Source: Candidatus Latescibacterota bacterium (GTDB lineage Bacteria; Latescibacterota; UBA2968; UBA8231). Taken from it: a DNA stretch of 64,000 nucleotides. The notes under the pieces were generated by a model. The model made no database searches. It was given only the letters and a program-made list of their open reading frames with translations, and had not been told where the DNA came from. The translations under genes and the position numbers were made by a program. The stretch covers positions 5,312,001 through 5,376,000 of the forward strand of contig OZ244561.1 in assembly GCA_965217585.1 (NCBI GenBank). Reading direction: 5' to 3'. Position 1 is the stretch's first letter; each line of letters opens with the position of its first letter. Of the stretch, positions 1-8,675 are shown piece by piece.

Positions 1-2098
1 GGTAAACATAGACCCCTGGGGGCACCAGACCGCCGTCGGCCCGGCGTCCATCCCAAGTGTACTCTACCGCCCCGGTTTTGATCTGCGTAGTAGCCAAGGT
101 CTGGACCTGACGGCCCGATAGGTCATACAGGGCCACTTGCAGGGGCCGACGCGCGACCACTTCGCGCACGTCAAAGGACAGCCGCGTGGCGTCGTTAACC
201 CGGTCGCCGTTGGGGGTAAAAGGGTTGGGATGCACCCGCACATCCGCCAACAGCCGACCACCTACTCGGGTGCGCACGGCCAGCACGTCGCCAGAGTAGC
301 GGAAGGTGGCGTTGCCCGGCTGTACCTTCTGTTTGATACGATCGGGATCGTCGCTGTTGTACACCCAGCTAGAAAATTCAGTACCGAAGCGCAGTACCGG
401 CACTTTGAAGGCGACCTCTACCTGCTTGAAGCGGTCGGTTTCCGGACTTGATAGCTTGCGGTCTAGCGCCACGATGAGGCGGTCGGTTAGCACTTGGGGC
501 GGGAAGGCCGCCAGATCGACCTCTACGCCGCCGATTTTGACGTGATAGACGGTGTCAACTTGGGTATAGGTGCCGATCTCGAGCCGGTCGAAGCCCGTGT
601 CGCCGGTCTGGAAATCCGGGCGTACCACGTAAGTGAAGCGCTGGGAGCGGGCGTCGTGGACTTCGACCGGCCAGATTTCGCCCAGCAGGGCAGAAGCCGA
701 CAGGGAGTGGGCTAGCTGAAACTGTAGTTCGTTGAGGCGGGGGGCCTCGGTTTCGGTGGCAAACAAGGTGATCTGCAACTGCATATAGCGTCGCGGGGAG
801 GGCGACTGGAGGACCGTGCCGTCGGCCCAAGCAGCCGCTTCCTGAGCGTGGTCGCGCAAGCCGTCCTCAAAGTCGTAGGGAGGCGACCAATAGCTCCAGT
901 GGTCGCGGTCGTATAGTGGGGGTTCGCGGTCGCGGACGGGCAGGCTGAAGTGCTCGTCAAAGCTAATTTCCTCGGCATCGTCGGTAATGGCGTTGGGCTG
1001 CCAGTAGATATGGGGATTGTGGTCGGTGCCCGTGCGGGTGCGGATTTCGACTTGGGTGCCGGGCGGTCGCTGGCCACTCCAGCGGATTTTGCCCCAGTTG
1101 ATGGGTTGGCCAAAGTCGAGGATGTCGGTTAGATAGCGGGCTTTGCGCACAAAGCCTTGTCCGTAGATCTCTACTTCGGCGATTTCCCAGTCGCGCACCG
1201 GATCCAAGGCGCGGATGGCCACCCAGCGGATGTGCTGCAGGGGGAAGCGAAAGTCGACCACCACATCGAGGTTTTCGCGCACGCTGCGCAGAATGGTATA
1301 ATCCGGATCGTTGCTCACCCGGTAGCCGCCGAGGCCAGCCGAGGAGAGGACTTTGTGCCAGCGCAGTCCTTTGGGGACCGTGAAGGCATCGTCGGCGATG
1401 GGAGCACTGTTGTCGGCTATGCCTATTTCATACCACTCGAGAAAATTGGCGGCAAAGCTCTCCTCGCCAAATGTGTCGGGATCGGGCTTGGGCTCGGCCA
1501 TGGCGGCGATGATATGGGCATCTTCGGTCTTGCTGAGCCGGGGGTAGAAGCGGATGCGGTTGATGGGCATTTCAGCGCCGAAATTGGTAATGGTGTTGTT
1601 GCGGAAGCCGCGTCCCACCCCCGGGGGTGCTCCCTCGCGCTGGACGAAAATGCGAAACATGGCCGAGGTGCGGTCGCCGTCGTAGGCCAGCAGAGTGCTG
1701 GGCAGGGTCATGCCCATGAAACCTGAACTCTCGCCTTGGGTGACGCGGATATTGCCGCCCAGATCGTGAAAGGGCACTTGGCTCTGGCCGTTCTGGTCCC
1801 AACTGACGATGTGGGTCAGGTTCAAGTTGGGATCAACCCAAGACGGAGTCATGCTGCCGTCGGCGTAGTTGATCAGGGTGTCGGCGCCAACCCACTGGGC
1901 GGACGTGCCCACTGACTCGGTTCGCACGACTTGACCGTCGGGGCCGTACACAGTGTAGAAGCCGCCTTCTTCGCCCTCCAGAGCGAGGGGGATGGTCCAG
2001 GGGTTGCCGTCCGCTCCGCCTAGCGCGAACTCGGCCCAATCGCCCCGTGCCGGACTCGCCAGCGCAACGACCAGCCATAACGCCCCGTGTTTTCTCAT
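1..2098 (-). CDS. Secreted discoidin-like protein with TPNGD/FlgD-Ig C-terminal domain (3' end runs off window; absent from ORF track)
   Basis: Manual translation from ATG 2098 (RBS AAAGGGGA): MRKHGALWLVVALASPARG signal peptide. Frame open to base 2 with family motifs EIYGQGFV, DFGQPINWGKIRW, SPSPRRYMQ, GEIWPVEV, NPFTPNGDRVND, WDGRRADGGLVPPGVY. Confidence 0.9.
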   Translation of the reverse strand, partial: MRKHGALWLVVALASPARGDWAEFALGGADGNPWTIPLALEGEEGGFYTVYGPDGQVVRTESVGTSAQWVGADTLINYADGSMTPSWVDPNLNLTHIVSWDQNGQSQVPFHDLGGNIRVTQGESSGFMGMTLPSTLLAYDGDRTSAMFRIFVQREGAPPGVGRGFRNNTITNFGAEMPINRIRFYPRLSKTEDAHIIAAMAEPKPDPDTFGEESFAANFLEWYEIGIADNSAPIADDAFTVPKGLRWHKVLSSAGLGGYRVSNDPDYTILRSVRENLDVVVDFRFPLQHIRWVAIRALDPVRDWEIAEVEIYGQGFVRKARYLTDILDFGQPINWGKIRWSGQRPPGTQVEIRTRTGTDHNPHIYWQPNAITDDAEEISFDEHFSLPVRDREPPLYDRDHWSYWSPPYDFEDGLRDHAQEAAAWADGTVLQSPSPRRYMQLQITLFATETEAPRLNELQFQLAHSLSASALLGEIWPVEVHDARSQRFTYVVRPDFQTGDTGFDRLEIGTYTQVDTVYHVKIGGVEVDLAAFPPQVLTDRLIVALDRKLSSPETDRFKQVEVAFKVPVLRFGTEFSSWVYNSDDPDRIKQKVQPGNATFRYSGDVLAVRTRVGGRLLADVRVHPNPFTPNGDRVNDATRLSFDVREVVARRPLQVALYDLSGRQVQTLATTQIKTGAVEYTWDGRRADGGLVPPGVYVY

Positions 2099-2134
2099 GC
2101 GGTCCCCTTTGGATGTACGCCTTTGGCAAAGAAC

Positions 2135-2170
2135 GAAAAAAGCCCGTGTTCCAGCGAGGAACACGGGCTT
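2135..2170 (-). terminator. Rho-independent terminator
   Basis: Stem AAGCCCGTGTTCC / GGAACACGGGCTT with 5-nt loop, followed by a T-run on the minus strand, ~50 bp after the stop of 2221..3147. Confidence 0.85.
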
Positions 2171-2220
2171 CCAAGAGTTGCCCTCTAGCTGGATTGAGGT
2201 GATTCCAGCGGAGATGCGAC

Positions 2221-3147
2221 CTACTTAAAGCGGGACTTAATGCGGCCCCAGCTGTCGTCCTCGACCGCAGTAGAAGCGACAAAGGCCGGATCCGGCTCAG
2301 CCAGAAACCAATCGTTGACGGACGCGCAGCAATTGTCAAGAGTGCTCCAGTAGCCGCAGCAACCGGGTGTGCGATAGTTGTTGAAGTCGCCGTCGTTGTC
2401 GATCTGGACGATGGAAATGTGGATGATCTGACCTTCTTCCAGATCCCATGCTTCCACATCCTCGGGCTGGTAGCCGCCCTCTAGGCCCTTGGGGAACGAG
2501 CCTATGGGCGTGAGGCCCATTTCGTAGTAATAGGTGCTCTCGCCGAATTCGTCGCCATCCCAAGTGTAGTTGAATTCGAGCCAATCGGTGCCGGGCCATA
2601 TCCACTCGGTGCCGGTCAAATCGCCGGGCCGCATCCAGAACCAGTCGCCGAGGGTCGGATGGATGGGCACCGCGAAGTTATAGCGGGTGTTGATGCTGAT
2701 GTTCTCGTCGTTGATGTCGCTGTAGCCGCCGTCATCGGCATAGGCATCGTGGTTATAGGTAAACGACACCTCCCACGAATCGTCCTCGCTCCAGTGACTG
2801 GTGCGGTCCATGTTGTGCTCGTCGTCGAAGGTCTGGGTGGCCATATAGATCTTGTTGTCCGTGTCGTTCCAGCCGACCCGGTGCAACATGCTGAAGTCGG
2901 TGACGTCCCAGTCGGCGTTGCTCCAGCCTTCGGGCACTAGGCCGCGGGCATCGTTGAAGACCGAGTTGTCGATGCCATAGGAGGCTGGTACCCCGTCCCA
3001 GTCGCCGTGATTGCCGTCGATGGTGGGGGTAGCCCCGTCGGGAAACTGGACGACGAACCAAACTGTGCCGGCATCCCAGTGAGCTTGGCTCGTATTGGGC
3101 AGGGCCGCTAGGGCGAAGACTGCCAAGAGAATAGCAATGCGTTTCAT
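2221..3147 (-). CDS. Secreted CBM9/DOMON-like protein with C-terminal TAVEDDSWGRIKS motif
   Basis: Signal peptide ending AQA/SQA-H, PTIDGNHGDW motif typical of CBM9-like domains, acidic and Trp-rich, strong RBS AAGGAGGT. Paralogue of 33504..34433. Confidence 0.75.
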   Translation of the reverse strand: MKRIAILLAVFALAALPNTSQAHWDAGTVWFVVQFPDGATPTIDGNHGDWDGVPASYGIDNSVFNDARGLVPEGWSNADWDVTDFSMLHRVGWNDTDNKIYMATQTFDDEHNMDRTSHWSEDDSWEVSFTYNHDAYADDGGYSDINDENISINTRYNFAVPIHPTLGDWFWMRPGDLTGTEWIWPGTDWLEFNYTWDGDEFGESTYYYEMGLTPIGSFPKGLEGGYQPEDVEAWDLEEGQIIHISIVQIDNDGDFNNYRTPGCCGYWSTLDNCCASVNDWFLAEPDPAFVASTAVEDDSWGRIKSRFK

Positions 3148-3265
3148 GAACCCACCTCCTTAGGATGAGTTAGATGAAATAGGAAAAGTGCCTCGTGCCT
3201 GCAAATTCTTATATAGGATACGGTGAATAAACCGCAATCTCAAGCAAAAAGTGAGTAGGGTTCCG

Positions 3266-5206
3266 TTAGTAGTAGAGAGGGATGCGGTTGCCCACCATGC
3301 CGGTAAGTCCGTCGATGACCAACCAGACGCCGCCGATAACTATGTGGCCCAAGGCAAGGCCTAAAAAAAACGGCAGAGTCTGGCGGTACAAACCCACGCC
3401 CCCGTACTTGAGCACCAAGCTTTTAAAGAGCCAGGCCAAAAAAAGAGTGAACCAAATCCCGTCCATCACCCGGCCGTGGCTGACCAGGAATCCGAGCGGA
3501 TGGAACGGCCACCACAAAAACTGATGCCGGGCCACAAGCAGCAGCCCCATAATCAGCCCCCCCCCGGCCATCCACAAGTACCCGCTCAGGCTAGGACCGG
3601 TGGGATTGATGATCTTTTCGAGGGCAAAGCGGGACGGCTCTTCGGAATAGTGTTGGGAAATGAGTAGGTTCATCGAGCCGTAGCGGTAGGCGAGGTAAAT
3701 GGTGAACCACGCCGACAGGACTAAGGCGATGACCATGGCCAAGCCCACGGCCCACGTCAGGCGGCGCTGGCCGCTTTGCAACTCGCTGCCGAGGCGCAGG
3801 CCGTGGGCCAAGGGGGCCATCATAAAAACCAACAGGTCGCCGCACCACACCATCGTGTAGCCGGTGGCGACCATGCCCTTTACGCCCAAAGCCGGCACGC
3901 CTATGCTGGACACGGCAAAGCCCGCCGGGATCATATTGGCTTTGAAGATCGGCAGCCCGGTCTCGGAAATGACCCGGGCTAGGCCGATGAAGATGACCAA
4001 GCCAGCAAAGAGGAACACCGGGACAATCCAAGCGGGAATGCCGGTCTGCCACAGCCATAGCCACATGCCGGCAATGCCACAAACTGCGCCGCAGACGGCG
4101 GCCCGATAGGACATGATCTCGTCGCCGTCTTCTACTGGGGCGTCTCCTCGCCAAGCCTTTTGCAGGACCCGTTTGAAATGGGGTCGGCCTACCCATAGCC
4201 CCGAGAGGACCAAGACGATGAGGGCCCCCATCATCTGGTGCCCCATGCCCGGTTCGGTCCACCAGCCCAATTCGGCTTGGGTGTTTTGCAGGCCGTGGTA
4301 AAACAGCAGCCCTTCCTGTAGCTGGTGCAGCAAATAAAAAAACCACAAGCTGAAGCCGATCTGAGTATTGATGAAGTAACCAAAGCCCAGCATGAGAAAA
4401 TTGAGCCCAAAGGTCAGGAAAATACTCTGGCGAAACACGTCGATGGAGGACCTGAGGACGACTTGGGGGAACCAGGGAAAGTAATTGTGCAGAGCGAAAA
4501 AACTCATAAAGACCACCGGGATGGCAAAGCCGAGCCACATGGTCCAACTGCGGAAAAAGGGCTTTGACAGCCGGCCTTGCGGATCGTCGGCCATCATGGC
4601 CAGCGGCACCTGCATGAGCGGGTAAATCAGGCGCTCGTGCTCGACCCACTGGCGGCGCAAAATGACGCTGAGGCAGGTCGCGGCTAGGTACAAGGAGCCG
4701 TAGAGCAGCAGCCAAGCACCCAAAGGAGGCAACCAATGCGCCCAAGGGATCCCGCCGCCGCGGCTGGCTCCTTCGTAAAATTCTTTAACCGCTTCGGGGT
4801 TGGCCACCAAGATCCAGCGGGGGAGCCACGGATGGATTTGGTTGACCCAATCGTTTTCCGGGGTAGCGTAGTAGAAAGTGCCCGTAATCATGGGCATGAG
4901 CAGGCCGTTGACGCCTTTGGTGGGAATGGCCGCAGCCACCATCATCATGGTGAAGATGGTAATCAACTCGCCCCGCTTGAGAGCCCAGCCGCGCCGGCAC
5001 CAGCCCAAGACCAGATGCAGGGTCAGCAGCAGCACGAAAAACAGGAAAAACGCAATCGGGGTAGCTGAAGTCAGGGCCAGCGAAGTGCCTTGGATTAGCT
5101 GGCGTCCGTAGGGTGCGCCAATGGCAATGACGGCGCACAGGACGCAGCCAATGAAGATGCCGCGTCCGGTCACGTGGGCAGCAAGGGGCGGTTGCGGACG
5201 CGACAT
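3266..5206 (-). CDS. DUF6785/DUF6784-like polytopic membrane protein (putative transporter)
   Basis: 646 aa with many TM helices; motifs YYATPEN, LRRQW..ERL.YPL, WWPFHPLG, PFFLGL shared with five paralogues. Confidence 0.8.
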   Translation of the reverse strand: MSRPQPPLAAHVTGRGIFIGCVLCAVIAIGAPYGRQLIQGTSLALTSATPIAFFLFFVLLLTLHLVLGWCRRGWALKRGELITIFTMMMVAAAIPTKGVNGLLMPMITGTFYYATPENDWVNQIHPWLPRWILVANPEAVKEFYEGASRGGGIPWAHWLPPLGAWLLLYGSLYLAATCLSVILRRQWVEHERLIYPLMQVPLAMMADDPQGRLSKPFFRSWTMWLGFAIPVVFMSFFALHNYFPWFPQVVLRSSIDVFRQSIFLTFGLNFLMLGFGYFINTQIGFSLWFFYLLHQLQEGLLFYHGLQNTQAELGWWTEPGMGHQMMGALIVLVLSGLWVGRPHFKRVLQKAWRGDAPVEDGDEIMSYRAAVCGAVCGIAGMWLWLWQTGIPAWIVPVFLFAGLVIFIGLARVISETGLPIFKANMIPAGFAVSSIGVPALGVKGMVATGYTMVWCGDLLVFMMAPLAHGLRLGSELQSGQRRLTWAVGLAMVIALVLSAWFTIYLAYRYGSMNLLISQHYSEEPSRFALEKIINPTGPSLSGYLWMAGGGLIMGLLLVARHQFLWWPFHPLGFLVSHGRVMDGIWFTLFLAWLFKSLVLKYGGVGLYRQTLPFFLGLALGHIVIGGVWLVIDGLTGMVGNRIPLYY

Positions 5207-5295
5207 GGGCTAGTTGGCATGGTGTAGAGGATGCTTTGCAATTCGCTGCGGATAGGCTACTAACTTCTCCGCTAGATGCCAAACGCCGGGCGCGG

Positions 5296-6837
5296 TTACG
5301 GCTGGCGGAACTCTGGCTTTAGCTCGTAGAAGTTGAGGTACTGTCCCGGGGCAAGCTGGACCGAGCGGGGCCGGTAGCGTGCAAAAATCAGTTCGGTGGC
5401 AAACAGGTCCTGTTCCCGCGCCCAGATGTGGGGGTTGTCGTAGGGAATAAAGGGCCGCTTGCGGGGGTCGCGGGGCTGCTCGGTCACATCGACATTGCCC
5501 AGTAGGAGATACGTGGGCCGGCGTCGGAGGACGTACTGGCCGTCGTGCTTTTCGTGGCCGGCCCAACCCCGGCCTAGGCTCGATAGGTTGCGCCGGGCAA
5601 TGTGTCGGTCGGTCAGGCCCAGCATATCGCGCACTTCGAGCTTGGAGTAATATGCCACCGCGCCAATGGGCACGACGGCAATGCTGGCCCCTGCTGGCGC
5701 ACTGGCAGCGAACCACTGGCCCACCCGGGTCCAGCGGGGAATTTCCACCTGTTGGTGAAATTGATACGCGCTGTAGTGCGACTTGAGGCGCGGCGGCGAC
5801 CAATGGGTATAAGCCCAAGCGCAGCCCAGCACCACCGCCAGGGCCACCCCGCTTTTGCGGGCTGCCAAAAGCGAGGGCCGCGCCAAGTCGGAGACAAAGG
5901 CTGCGGCCAAGGCCGCGAACAGGGGCACTGGGGCCAGCGCAAAGCGATACATGGGGAGGCCGTCCCCGCCCAACCACGCGACGGCCAGCCAAAAGAGCAA
6001 CCAGCCGACGGCCACCAAGCGCATCCCGGCCGTGCGGCGCAAAAGGGCAAAAAGCGCCAGTCCGACCAGTAGCAGCAGGCCTTCGTGATCGGCGGCGTAG
6101 TCGCGTAGATAGTCCAGCCCGCGCTGTACTTGGGCCCAGCCTCCACCGGTTTTGGCGTAGTATGTATTGGGCAGCCAGTCCCCGTAGTACCAGCGGCGAA
6201 ACCCCAAGAAAAGGGCGTACGGGCCGCCGCCAACAAGGAGCCACGGCAGCCACGAGCGGCTCTCGCCCCGCTTGGCCCGCAAGAGTTGGTGGCAGCCTAA
6301 AACAAGTAAGACTAGCAGACCCTCCGGCCGGGCTAGGGTAGCGGCGGCAGTCAAACTAGCCGAGGCCCAGTAGCCCCCGGCCAAGGCGGTAGCAAAAGCA
6401 GTGGCAATCAGGCAGGCAAAGAGCGCAGTCTCCATGCCCGAGGCGGCCCAGCAAGCAAAAGAGCCGTTAAAGGCCAGCAAGGCCGGAGCGATCAGGGCGG
6501 TCGGCGGGTCAGCTCCGCACTGGCGGGCCAGCCAATAGGTGGTTGGGAGCGCGAGAACTGAACAGAGCAAGCCGAGGGCGCGGGCGGCTTCTAGCAGATC
6601 AAAACCGCAGGCACCAAACCCGGCCAAAAGCAGGGTCCACAGCGGGCTGGTAAAGCCCTCGACGCGTTCTCCCGGGTTGAAAACCAGCCCGTGTCCGGCG
6701 AGCAGATTGACTGCGTAGCGCAAGCTGATAAAGGCGTCGTCGGAGACGAAGTTGTAGCGCAGAACGTGGAGGACATGTAGCGCAATCAGCGCGACCAAAG
6801 CCCCAGTAATGAGGCGGTTGACAGGGGGCCGGACCAC
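5296..6837 (-). CDS. GT-C fold membrane glycosyltransferase (AftB/RgtA-like)
   Basis: DDAFISLRYA..L..GHGLVFNPGERVEGFTSPLW, SGMET, RPEG and PNTYYAK motifs; multiple TM helices. Confidence 0.75.
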   Translation of the reverse strand: MVRPPVNRLITGALVALIALHVLHVLRYNFVSDDAFISLRYAVNLLAGHGLVFNPGERVEGFTSPLWTLLLAGFGACGFDLLEAARALGLLCSVLALPTTYWLARQCGADPPTALIAPALLAFNGSFACWAASGMETALFACLIATAFATALAGGYWASASLTAAATLARPEGLLVLLVLGCHQLLRAKRGESRSWLPWLLVGGGPYALFLGFRRWYYGDWLPNTYYAKTGGGWAQVQRGLDYLRDYAADHEGLLLLVGLALFALLRRTAGMRLVAVGWLLFWLAVAWLGGDGLPMYRFALAPVPLFAALAAAFVSDLARPSLLAARKSGVALAVVLGCAWAYTHWSPPRLKSHYSAYQFHQQVEIPRWTRVGQWFAASAPAGASIAVVPIGAVAYYSKLEVRDMLGLTDRHIARRNLSSLGRGWAGHEKHDGQYVLRRRPTYLLLGNVDVTEQPRDPRKRPFIPYDNPHIWAREQDLFATELIFARYRPRSVQLAPGQYLNFYELKPEFRQP

Positions 6838-6840
6838 GGC

Positions 6841-7236
6841 TTACTCCCAATGGGCGAAAGGGTTGGCGCAGGGGAGTTCGTAGGGGTCGTAGTAGGCGCG
6901 GTAGCCGACGGCCTTCGCCTCGTCGGCTCCATGCCAAAAGAAATCGCTCGACAGCAAAAACTGCTGGCCGAGCCACGCCTCAGCTTGGGCATCGCCGGCA
7001 CTGGCCCGACGCAAAAGCGCGTGCTGGTCTCGCGCTAGCAGGTCTTGGCAGAAGCGGGCCAAGCCGTCCTCGTCTATCCGCAGATAGGGCAGCAGGCGGC
7101 GCACGGTCGCCGCGGTTTGCTCAGTCCAAGGGTCGTCGAGCCGGCGCGGGCGATAAAACCAGCTTCCGATGCCGACGCCCAGCGACAGGGCGGCTATAGC
7201 TCCCAAGAAGGCACGGCGCTTGTTCCAGACCGCCAT
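6841..7236 (-). CDS. Small twin-arginine signal protein, likely partner subunit of the GMC oxidoreductase
   Basis: KRRAFLG plus hydrophobic stretch; FLLSSDFF...YYDPY..PCANPF tail; starts 6 bp after the GMC stop. Confidence 0.6.
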   Translation of the reverse strand: MAVWNKRRAFLGAIAALSLGVGIGSWFYRPRRLDDPWTEQTAATVRRLLPYLRIDEDGLARFCQDLLARDQHALLRRASAGDAQAEAWLGQQFLLSSDFFWHGADEAKAVGYRAYYDPYELPCANPFAHWE

Positions 7237-7241
7237 AATCC

Positions 7242-8666
7242 CTACGCCAACAGATGGTGGGCCGCCCACAGGGACAGGGCCGACAGGGTGAGGGTCGGGT
7301 TGACCGGCGAACTAGTTGGGAAGGCTCCGCCGCCCAAGACCAGCAGATTGCGGATTTGGTGGTGGACCAGGCCTCGGTCAACAATGCTGCGGCGCGGGTC
7401 GGTGCCCATCGGCGTGGTGCCCAAGATGTGATTCTCGGTGGGGGAAGGCCGGGGGTCGAAGTCGATTTTTTCTACCGGCAGGGGGCGCAAAAGCTCGGGT
7501 AGGGCCTCCGCGAGTGCGTCAATGCCGCGCTGGGCGTACTCCGAGTGGTTCCGGTACACGGTTTCGGGTTGGGCGGGGTCGCCAGCAGCAATGCGGACGT
7601 GGTTGTGCGGTGCGGGCAAGTCCTCAAAGAGGAATTTGAGCACTAGCCGCTGCCGCCACTTGTCCCGTTCCAAGCGCAGGGTGGGCACGTTCCACGATTC
7701 AATCAGACAGCCGGCTCGCTGCGACCGGTGGGGGCCGTCGTACAACATGTACCCGTGCCCGGTAATGCTGGTGCTGCCTTGGAAGTTCTCGACTCCGTCG
7801 AGGTCTATGGTCGTGGTGACGGAGACTTGCTCGTGGAGGAATTTGCCCAAGAGGGGATGGGACAAGCCCGAGCGCAGCAGAATGTGCGGATTGAACAAGG
7901 CATTGGCCCCCAAGACCACCAACTGGCCCTGCGCTTGGGCTTCGATACCGTTCTTTATGTAGCGGACGCCTCGGGCCGTGCGGCCGGTGGTTTCCACACT
8001 CTGGACCGCGGCCTCCAGCACCAACGTAACGCGGGGGTCGGCGTAGAGATGGCCCATTTCGTTGAGGACCGTGAACTTGGCGTCTATGGGGCACAAGTGG
8101 CACACCCCGCTGGCGCAACAGGCGGGCCGCTGGGCCGTGGCCAAGCGCGCCCGGGCCGTGGGCTGGTGAAAAAAGAGCTCTGGATAGGCTTTTTTAAGTA
8201 GCTGATCGGGTCGAGAAAAGCGGTGGGGTGGCTGGGGATAGGGCCGGCTGCGGGGCTGGGGTGCCCCATCGGCTGGACCCGAGACGGCCATGAGTGCTTC
8301 GGCTTGGCAGTAAAATTCCTCCAGCTCGTCGTAGCTAAGGGGCCAGTCTGTGCCCACTCCATAGGTGGATTTCAACGCAAAGTCACTGGGCATCATGCGC
8401 GGCGTCACCGCCCACCAGCAGTTGGAGCCGCCGCCCAGAGCCGGCGTGTAGAACCACTGTTTGCGGCGGTGGCGGTTGACAAAGGTGGCTTGGGGGGCCG
8501 TGCTGGCTGGTCGGCGGTGGCGCAGTTGCCAAGCATGGGTGTCGCGGCGGCCTCGCTCCAAGACCAAGATCCGGGCGTCGGCCCGGCACCGGGCCAGATA
8601 GACCGAGAGAAAGAACGAAGAGGCAAAGCCGGTGCCCACGACAATGAGGTCGTAGTCTTGGTCCAT
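7242..8666 (-). CDS. GMC family oxidoreductase
   Basis: N-terminal VVGTGFAS FAD motif, LGGGSNCW, CCASGVCHLCP, HILGTTPMG, VNPTLT. Confidence 0.9.
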   Translation of the reverse strand: MDQDYDLIVVGTGFASSFFLSVYLARCRADARILVLERGRRDTHAWQLRHRRPASTAPQATFVNRHRRKQWFYTPALGGGSNCWWAVTPRMMPSDFALKSTYGVGTDWPLSYDELEEFYCQAEALMAVSGPADGAPQPRSRPYPQPPHRFSRPDQLLKKAYPELFFHQPTARARLATAQRPACCASGVCHLCPIDAKFTVLNEMGHLYADPRVTLVLEAAVQSVETTGRTARGVRYIKNGIEAQAQGQLVVLGANALFNPHILLRSGLSHPLLGKFLHEQVSVTTTIDLDGVENFQGSTSITGHGYMLYDGPHRSQRAGCLIESWNVPTLRLERDKWRQRLVLKFLFEDLPAPHNHVRIAAGDPAQPETVYRNHSEYAQRGIDALAEALPELLRPLPVEKIDFDPRPSPTENHILGTTPMGTDPRRSIVDRGLVHHQIRNLLVLGGGAFPTSSPVNPTLTLSALSLWAAHHLLA

Positions 8667-8675
8667 GCGTTGGTC

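Noticed and set aside
3591-6253. Long alternative-frame ORFs (384 aa, 347 aa and similar elsewhere)
   Set aside because: Arg/Pro-rich off-frame products expected in high-GC coding DNA.
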